Shown here one piece after another: positions 49,426-57,800 of a stretch of 64,000 bases of DNA; the stretch's first letter is position 1; each line of letters starts with the position of its first letter. The stretch lies in NCBI GenBank assembly GCA_036170915.1, contig JAVHQC010000029.1:64001-128000 (forward strand). The letters run 5' to 3'. A program made the translations under genes and the position numbers. The notes below the pieces were generated by a model. That model was not told the DNA's origin and searched no databases. It saw only the letters and a list, made by a program, of their open reading frames with translations. Source of the stretch: Cyanobacteria bacterium auto_48_18 (GTDB lineage: Bacteria > Cyanobacteriota > Vampirovibrionia > Obscuribacterales > Obscuribacteraceae).

Positions 49426-50145
49426 TTATTTCCTCAACATCAAAGACTGCAAAAGCATTTTTGCTTCAGGCCATTCGTGTTCCAGCATTCGATACCAGGC
49501 AGTGTCGCGATTGCGGCCCTTAACGATAAAATGACTTTCTTGTATACCTTCAAATTTAAATCCCATGCGTAAGGCCGCTTTTCTTGAGCGTTCATTTAAA
49601 GCATCACACTTCCACTCGATTCTTCTGTAGCCAAGCGAAAATGCATGGTCAAGCAAAAGATAAGTGGCTTCAAGATTGGCATTGGTGCCTTGCACAACTG
49701 GGCTGTACCAGATGTTTCCCAGTTCAATTTTCAAATGAGCAGGAAAATTATTCATATAGTTAACCACGCCTACTTGCCGGTTTGACGCTTTATCAAAGAC
49801 ACAAAAACATAAACCATTGTCGGCTTGAACCTGAGCAAATAAAAAAGCAGCTAGTTTGCAGCTGGTGGGGAAAGGCCCGGCCGACATGTATTTCCAGATT
49901 AACTGATCAGGGTCATAAGCCGGTACAGCTTTGCCGTCGCCCGTGGCAACAATAGGATCACCGTTAGAAAGGGAAAACAAAGTGGCGTTATCTCGCTGCA
50001 AATCAATGGGCTCGAGCCTGACAATTTCTCCGTCTAGAGTGATTGCAGTTGGTTTAGTAGGTAAATCGACTATGCGCGCCAGAGTTTCAGTGGCCAGTTG
50101 ATCGCCAATCTTTGTCTCATTTTCTGGGTTAGTTTCAAACAGCAT
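49426..50145 (-). CDS. GNAT N-acetyltransferase (RimJ/RimL-like)
   Basis: IELGNIWY, LGYRRIEWKCDALNERS and KGRNRDTAWY. Confidence 0.92.
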   Translation of the reverse strand: MLFETNPENETKIGDQLATETLARIVDLPTKPTAITLDGEIVRLEPIDLQRDNATLFSLSNGDPIVATGDGKAVPAYDPDQLIWKYMSAGPFPTSCKLAAFLFAQVQADNGLCFCVFDKASNRQVGVVNYMNNFPAHLKIELGNIWYSPVVQGTNANLEATYLLLDHAFSLGYRRIEWKCDALNERSRKAALRMGFKFEGIQESHFIVKGRNRDTAWYRMLEHEWPEAKMLLQSLMLRK

Positions 50146-50347
50146 TTTTCATATTCGCTCTGTGACGCTTGAAACTATAGCAATTAAGCGGTGCAGCGAA
50201 GTCACGAGTACGCCACAATTTGAAATTAGATTCAATAGGCGAAGCAAGAAATCTACCATTGGTGCAAAATTCTGCCACGGTAATGATAGATACATGTGAC
50301 TATATTGGACGGTCGGACATTTACCACTAACTTTACGGCAGGTCACC

Positions 50348-51001
50348 ATGAGAAGTAATCACTTCAATCAGGGTTTCTTTTTCACGTGTTTACTTTTCTG
50401 CGCAGTTTTGCTGCAGCTTCTCTCGCCACCCTCTGCCCAGGGGCAACAACGCCGACTGCCGCCCTGCCGCTTAGATAGTTTCGTCCATCAGGCCGGCAGC
50501 GCCGCCGAAGCGATATATGGCGACGAAGGCATTAGAACCCCTCCACCATTTTTCGGATTTGGCCAGCAGAATCGCATTGCCAGTGGTTTCTTCGGCACTA
50601 GAGACCAGGGCCTGACCACCGGCCACGGCAGCCACATGCCCAGCGCCTGGGGAGCAGACGAGTTTGTCAGCCCGCCGGGGGAATGGTGTGATAGTGGCCC
50701 CAACAATGGCCGCAATGTTTACTCAGGCGCAACCGACAACACTTATGATGTCAGCGAACAATTACTCAGCCTCGAGACTGGTATTGAAGCGATGCGAAAA
50801 AGAATCGCTGCATTTAACGACAATATTTCTACCCTGCATTCCATACTTGCTAGCTTGAGCCCCGCAGACAAAGCCGGTCAACAAGCAATCGCCAACGAAG
50901 TAAACAGACTCGTGACCGAACGCAATCAGATGCTACTAAACCTACACACTGCTCAGCAAGAAGCAGCCAACAATTTTGGAAAAAGGACTGGCGGTTCGTA
51001 A
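50348..51001 (+). CDS. Hypothetical exported protein
   Basis: Signal peptide; Gly/Pro-rich middle and C-terminal coiled coil. Confidence 0.7.
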   Translation: MRSNHFNQGFFFTCLLFCAVLLQLLSPPSAQGQQRRLPPCRLDSFVHQAGSAAEAIYGDEGIRTPPPFFGFGQQNRIASGFFGTRDQGLTTGHGSHMPSAWGADEFVSPPGEWCDSGPNNGRNVYSGATDNTYDVSEQLLSLETGIEAMRKRIAAFNDNISTLHSILASLSPADKAGQQAIANEVNRLVTERNQMLLNLHTAQQEAANNFGKRTGGS

Positions 51002-51771
51002 CATGCTCGCATTCGATATGCCAATTTGCGAAACCGAAGTGAGACGTCAAAAACTGATGTCATAAATTCGAATTTTGTAGGCTGAAAATTTTCACACGTC
51101 TTCAATTCCGTCTACACACTTTCTGTAATTGCTACTGTGTCTTGCTGGTATGAGTTCCGGTGCTACTGTTACCAGCTGCGGTTTCTATCCTCAATTCGCC
51201 AGCCCATGAAATAGTCATGTCGATAGCTAAAGCGCGAATGTGATTTGAATCAAGTGCCGGTCGACTGACTATTTGATAAAGTTGTCGGTGTTGGAGCGAA
51301 ATGGCTCGACCATATCTTTGTTAGAAATACTGGTCGGAAAATTTTTACCCAATTTGGTCCGTTTAGAATTGCCATTGCTTAGTCTCTAATTCCTATCTGA
51401 CTTCTATTTCGAGCATAGCAAACTCACATATTTGATAGAACCAAAAGTGGTGCGCGTAGTATTTCGATTTTACGATCAAGTCCGGAAAACGATGAGCCGA
51501 CAGTTATACAGACAGTAGAATTAAGAGATTTCTAATGTCCGTTGCTGAGCCGTTACGAAGCGTTCCAGCGAGGGCAAAATTTTAGATATGGCCCCTTGCT
51601 GCTGTCACTTGCGAATTATTTTCAAGTCTCTAGTAAAACGCCTCAGGTAACCCGGTAGATCATTCGCAGGTATTCGAGGTCACACAGGCGCGGGCCCAAA
51701 AACTTATTGACTAACTTTTAGCTATTCGGTACTACGGTCTTTCTGAGTCGCAGTGCTGATTGAGGAGCACA

Positions 51772-53166
51772 GTGAGTGATTATCGTCGGCAACTTTTAAG
51801 TTGCTTTGGACAAACACGTATTTTGAGATTGGGGCCACCAAAGTGGCTTACGCTGCTTTGGTCATTGATTTTTTGTGGAGTGTTTGCGCTACCGGCCATG
51901 GCAACCACGGCACCAACGATCACGCCAGGCACAGGCGTTTACTCTACTGTGCGTCCTACGGCTACGATTACTGGAGATCCAGGAGCAGTCATACATTTCA
52001 CCACGAACGGAACCAGCCCGTCCGCTCTGAGCCCCATTTATACCGCTGCTATCCCACTGTCCGACAAGAATGTCATTAAGGCGATGGCCAGCTTGTCTGG
52101 CGTGGACAGCGCTATCACAACTGCTTATATCTTGAACGACCCTTCAAGTCTTCCCGTTCCGCGATCGGGATTGCAGCTGTGGTTACAGGGTGATTTAGGC
52201 CCTATAGTATCAGGCACAAATGTTACGCAGTGGAGCGATCTCTCTGGCGCCACTAACAATGCAACTCAGGGCACCATGGCTAATCAGCCGACTCTTCTGA
52301 CAAATGCCTTGCATGGATCAAGTGCTGTCAACTTCAATGGCACAAGTTCATATCTTACCCTGACGTCAGGGCTAAATGATCTGAGTGCTGGCACTTCACT
52401 TTACGCGGTGATTAGTCCGAACACGCCGACCGGAGCCAAGACACTCTACACAAGTGGGGCGGCCGGTGTCACTGATATGGTGAGCGTGCAGACCAATGGC
52501 ACCACTGCAACGGCTAACTTTAACAACGGGGCGACTGCAAGCAACATTGCTTCCGCCGCTGCAGCACTGGCGACTTTAAAGTACCAGGAGCTTGGTGTCG
52601 TCCACAACGGCGCTGCCTCTGCAACTATGGACGTCAATGCAGCTCCTGTGAAGACAGGAGCCGTGCAGAATTTGAACACGGTAAGTCGCACGGTCAACAG
52701 AATCGGCACCAGTAGTGCTTTAAGCGGTTATTGGGGAGGGAAGCTGGCCGAACTACTCGTTTATTCAAGAGCTCTTTCTGCTTCTGAGCACGCCAACGTC
52801 ACCGCATATTTGGCATCGAAGTATCAATTGAATTTCAACGCTACAACCCCGGCCCCGACTATAGCACCGGCAACCAGCACCTTGCTAGAACCAGGGCAAG
52901 TGGCCATATCAGCCAATCCGTCGGCCGAAGTGCGGGTGACGCGTGATGGCACGAACCCTACCATCAGCTCACCTTTGTACACCGGCCCGTTTACTGCATT
53001 TCACACTCAAACAATCAAAGCGATTGCAGTATATGCCACCGGCACCAGTGCCATATCGACATCCACATTGACTCTGAATTCGACAAAATATCCGGCACCA
53101 AACGCTTCGGATGCTCGGGAACTCAAAATCAACCTACAACTTCCAACAACAGGCATTGCACCATGA
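51772..53166 (+). CDS. Exported LamG/ConA-like protein flanked by two Fn3-associated (CHB_HEX_C-like) domains
   Basis: HFTTNGTSPS..SPIYT and TRDGTNPT..SPLYT repeats around GLQLWL...QWSDLSG...NQP...FNG...ELLVYSRALS; GAGGAG before GTG 51772; ATGA overlap with next gene. Confidence 0.8.
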   Translation: MSDYRRQLLSCFGQTRILRLGPPKWLTLLWSLIFCGVFALPAMATTAPTITPGTGVYSTVRPTATITGDPGAVIHFTTNGTSPSALSPIYTAAIPLSDKNVIKAMASLSGVDSAITTAYILNDPSSLPVPRSGLQLWLQGDLGPIVSGTNVTQWSDLSGATNNATQGTMANQPTLLTNALHGSSAVNFNGTSSYLTLTSGLNDLSAGTSLYAVISPNTPTGAKTLYTSGAAGVTDMVSVQTNGTTATANFNNGATASNIASAAAALATLKYQELGVVHNGAASATMDVNAAPVKTGAVQNLNTVSRTVNRIGTSSALSGYWGGKLAELLVYSRALSASEHANVTAYLASKYQLNFNATTPAPTIAPATSTLLEPGQVAISANPSAEVRVTRDGTNPTISSPLYTGPFTAFHTQTIKAIAVYATGTSAISTSTLTLNSTKYPAPNASDARELKINLQLPTTGIAP

Positions 53167-54791
53167 AGGACCTAATGCAAAGAGTAAATGCAAAGCTCAA
53201 AATGTCGCAGTTGAAGCCCGTGCCCGGAACAAACAGGCTAGCGTGCGTATGCCTGGCGGCCGTGTTTTTGCTCAGTCAGTTTACCCCAGCATTGGCGCTA
53301 GCACCAGTTACAGAACCACCTGTGGTACCACCACCACAATTAGTGGCACCGCAGCCGAAAAATGGCGTCAAAACTGGCCCACGTTCTGTAACTCAATTCA
53401 TCGCAAAAAGTGTTCTGAGTGCTAACCCAAGCGATCTTGAAATTGCCACAACACGAATCTTTTCCGAACCGCTCACTCCGGTCGGTAGCGAATTGGTAAG
53501 CGGTGAGAATCAGGCTATCGCAAGTCTTGTTCAGTCGTTAAAAGTTAAAGCCGCCCCAGAAGATGTATCAGCGCTGACGAATTTCATTTCGGCATTTCCT
53601 ACTTCTCGCTGGACACCTAGCATTGAGAGCAACCTGGCTGAGCTGTACTCGCGCACAGGCTACCTCACGCGTGCCATTGCCGGTTGGAAGGCTGTTTGGG
53701 AAAGAACAAAAACTGAAAAAGGCACCGCTCAAATAGCAGTCGCAAATCATGCCATGGCAAATCTTCTCACCACGTATGCGCGGTTGGGAATGAAAGAGGA
53801 ATTGAAAAGTCGCTTTGCCGAAATCGAAGGACGACCATTTTTTGGCAGTGATGAGACCAAGATTAATGGTGCCCACATTGGCTACTTGGACATGCTCGGA
53901 AATGAGCAGCACGCCTTCAAATGCGGCCCATACGCGATTAATACCCTTTTCAATTTAGAGAAAAACACAAAAACTCGCCACCCAATTATTGAGAAGGCTG
54001 CATCAACTGCCAAAGGCACCAATCTGCTTCAAGTGAAACAATGGGCCGATCAAGTAGGGCTGAAAATGCAGGCAGTGAAGCGCACTGCGGGCGGTGCCAT
54101 AGTGGTGCCATCAATTATGCACTGGAAATTGCAGCACTTTGCGGCCATCGTTGCCGAGAAAAACGGCAAGTATCTTCTAAAAGATCCAACATTCGATAAT
54201 GACGGAAGCATCTGGGTTTCGTCGGCGGCGTTAGATGAAGAAAGCGACGGTTACTTTTTAATTCCTACTGCAAAAGCATTACCTGCTGGTTGGCAGTTAG
54301 TCACCGATGAAGAGGCGAAGTCTGTTTGGGGTAAAGGCGGATCGCACGAGGCCGATCATAATGAGAAAGGGTGCAATGCGCCGTCTTCTGGGGCACAGAG
54401 TTGTGAGAAACCCTGTGGTATGGCGGTAGCGTCTGCTTACAGTATGCAAGCCACCTTAACTATTGCAGATAAGCCGCTTTTCTATCAGCCTCCAGTCGGG
54501 CCTGCCATCGATCAGGTTGTCACCTACGACCACCTCCAAACTAACCAACCAAGCACTTTCACATTCACGAATCTTGGGCAGAACTGGAACTTCAACTGGC
54601 TCTCTTACCTGACTGTTGACCCAATCACTTCAGTTGCCACTCTGCGCAAAATGGGTGGTGGTTCAGAGATTTATGCTCCAGACATTGTTACTGGCCTCTA
54701 CTCACCCTCTTTGATGTCACAAGCCAAACTTGTGTACATCAGCCCCGGCGTGTACCAGAGGCAAATGCCAGACGGTTCAATGCAAGTCTAA
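53163..54791 (+). CDS. N-terminal part of frameshifted RHS protein: signal region, helical domain, C39-like cysteine peptidase, start of RHS/YD region
   Basis: KCGP (Cys), WKLQHF (His) and KDP (Asp); NLGQNWNFNW RHS N-terminal pattern; ends at TAA 54789-54791 in mid-repeat. Confidence 0.82.
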   Translation: MKDLMQRVNAKLKMSQLKPVPGTNRLACVCLAAVFLLSQFTPALALAPVTEPPVVPPPQLVAPQPKNGVKTGPRSVTQFIAKSVLSANPSDLEIATTRIFSEPLTPVGSELVSGENQAIASLVQSLKVKAAPEDVSALTNFISAFPTSRWTPSIESNLAELYSRTGYLTRAIAGWKAVWERTKTEKGTAQIAVANHAMANLLTTYARLGMKEELKSRFAEIEGRPFFGSDETKINGAHIGYLDMLGNEQHAFKCGPYAINTLFNLEKNTKTRHPIIEKAASTAKGTNLLQVKQWADQVGLKMQAVKRTAGGAIVVPSIMHWKLQHFAAIVAEKNGKYLLKDPTFDNDGSIWVSSAALDEESDGYFLIPTAKALPAGWQLVTDEEAKSVWGKGGSHEADHNEKGCNAPSSGAQSCEKPCGMAVASAYSMQATLTIADKPLFYQPPVGPAIDQVVTYDHLQTNQPSTFTFTNLGQNWNFNWLSYLTVDPITSVATLRKMGGGSEIYAPDIVTGLYSPSLMSQAKLVYISPGVYQRQMPDGSMQV

Positions 54792-54826
54792 ACCAGTCAG
54801 ATGCCAGTTCGCCGCCACGTATTTTC

Positions 54827-57800
54827 ATGACCCAAGTAATTGACAAAGCGGGTAATGCTGCGCTTGTTCAGTACGACTCCAACTTCAGGCTGACCAGTCT
54901 CACTGACTCGATCGGCCAGGTTTCGACTGTAAATTACGTTTCTAATACTTTGGGAAATGTCGGCTTCTACAAAATTAGTTCCATCGTCGACCCTTTTGCA
55001 AGATCATGCTCGTTCACCTGGGATTCAACAACAACTTTACTTTTAAGCATCACCGACGTAGTTGGCTTAAAATCCCAGTTTACGTACGACCCATCTTCAT
55101 CGTTTATCACGTCGATGACCACGCCGTATGGCACTTCAAGTTTCTATAAATATGTGCCCACCTATGCCGGTCCATATCCTGCACAAGGTCTGAAAATAAC
55201 ATATCCTGACGGTACTTCTGATGTTTTAGAAAGTTTTCTCTCAGTCGAACAAATTACCTACTTCTGGGACCGACACGCTAACCAACTTTATCCCGCAGAT
55301 CCCGCTAATCAAATTTACACTCACTGCGAGCAGATGAAATGGCTGCTTGATTTCAGTACTTCACTGATGAAGCCGGTTTATCAGTATGCTATCCATCCAT
55401 TAGAAAGTGCCAGCCCTATCTATTACCGCTCTCAAGGCCAGGGTGCCAGCTCCAATTTCATCGGCACCACCAACAAGATTACTGAGGCAAAGCGCAACAT
55501 TGGTAACGCCATCACAATTGCAACAGTGGGTGGCACGGTTGTTACCGGCGACCAATTCTACCTGGGGGCCGACGGACAGGCTCAGATTTATTATTCTGTG
55601 CAGGCAGGCGACACTCTTACTTCTATTACGAGCAATCTGATTGCGCAAGTAAATTCCAACCCTGGCATGCAGGGTGTGGGCGTTACTGCTGTGCAAATTT
55701 CCCCAACATCGTTCAGTTTGCATACAGATAGCCCCCTTGTGGCGCAGTACAGATATGCGCCTTTTGGGGGCGTTGTTCTCACTATCGCTATGCGATCTCA
55801 ATCGGAGCAAACGGCCAATGTCACCATTGGCGGTACCATGACTGTCGGCGATACCGTCAACTTAGATATCGCCCTACCGTATCCCAATAATTTCTCTCAA
55901 CGCGTCACTCACACGGTCGTCGGTGGAGACACGCCTACCACTGTCGCCGCTTCAATGGCAGCAAAAATAAATGCTGACCCGCTTTTTGCTCAGTATCCCT
56001 ATGTCGGCACGTCTAGCGGGCCCGTTTTAAAGGTTTCGTCTTTTAGCGGAAAAGTCGTCGACTATGGCAGCTTCATTGGTGGATCGGGCAGCGAGTCAAT
56101 CGTTGTCTCTGATATTCGCAATGGCACCATTCAGCTTTCTACAAATAAATATAACCCCTTAGGAAAAATGACTGAGTCTGTGGACCCGGTCAATCGCAAG
56201 TTTTCCTATGTTTATGATTCAAACAACATCGATTTGCTTCAAGTAAAAGAAACGCAGAACGCTAATAATTTTCAGATGGAAGCTTGGACTTGGAATGCAA
56301 AGCACATGCCGCTCACCCACACTGATGGCTCCGGCCGTGTCAAAACTTACGTCTACAATTCGCTCCAGCAGCCCATCTCTGTCACTGATGCCAATTCGAA
56401 CGTCACGACGATGACGTATACTGGCACGTCTTCCGCCACCATTGGCGGCACTGTCACCGCCGGCAATGTGCTCACAATTACTGTATTTGACACTGGACTG
56501 GCTGGAGGTCAGAAGGCAGTAAATTACACGGTTATCGCCGGGAACACACTAACGACCATTGCCACCGGATTAAGAAATGCCATCAATGCAGACTCAAGCT
56601 TGCAGGCAATAGGAGTTACCGCCACATCAGCTGCGGCCGTGATTACATTGAAATCAAATTCGGTAAACGTGACTACCTACGCTCAATCTGTGAGCGGCGG
56701 TGCGACTGCAACTATTGCTTTGGGAGCAAACAGATTTGGCTATCTGACCAAAATAGATGGCCCACTTGCTGGCAGCCAAGACGTCACCACAATTTCTTAC
56801 GACGGATTCGGCAGAGTGTTCTCCGTTTCGAATTCCACAGGCTATACCAAAACTTTCAGCTATGACAATATGAATCGCCGTATCAGAACAACTCATCCCG
56901 ATAACACTTTTGAACAAACTGTCTGGAGTCGTCTTGACCCGGTGATGACAAAAGACAGAATTGGCAGATGGTCTCAAACTGCTTTTGACTCCATGGATCA
57001 AGTTGCTTTCGATATCGACTCGCTGGGCCGTAAAACTCAATATACCTGGTGCTCTTGCGGGTCAATCTTAACTTTGACCGACCCCGCGAACAACACAACC
57101 AGTTGGGGCCATGACCTTCAAGGCAGAACTACTTCCAAGACCTATGCCAACTCGACAGCAATAAATTATGCATACGAACCTTACGGCAGCAATTTGCGCT
57201 CGAGAACTGACGCCTTGAACCAAATTACAAATTATCTCTATTACCCGGATGATAAAATTTTCCAGACCAGTTACAAAAATGCTGTCAATCCAACTGCGTC
57301 GACGACAACTGCGTGGGACTCAAATTACGATCGGGTCAAAAGTATTCAGAAAAATGACTGGGGTACGATTGCTTACACTTATAATCCATATATTTTGCCG
57401 CTTGGCACTCCCACTACTGGCGGTGGCATGCTGCAGGTCGTACACAATGACAGGATGGCAAATTCAGACATAAGCTTCGTTTATGATAATTTGGGCCGAA
57501 CTACCAACCGCTCAATTAATGGCGCCGCAAATTCAAATTCTTGGACCTTCGATGCCATGAGCAGAGTAACTGGCGAGACTAATGCGTTAGGCAGCTTCGC
57601 CTATGCTTATGTAGACAATACTGCGGGTTCTTCTAAAGGCAGTACGCGCTTAGCGTCCGTTACTTATCCAAACAGTCAAGTGACTAAATACAGCTGGTAT
57701 CCAGCAATTGGGGATGAGCGCCTGCAACAAATTGCCAATTTAAAAACCAGCAGCGGTCCAACCATTTCTCAATTTAGCCATGTTTATAATCCAGCTGGAG

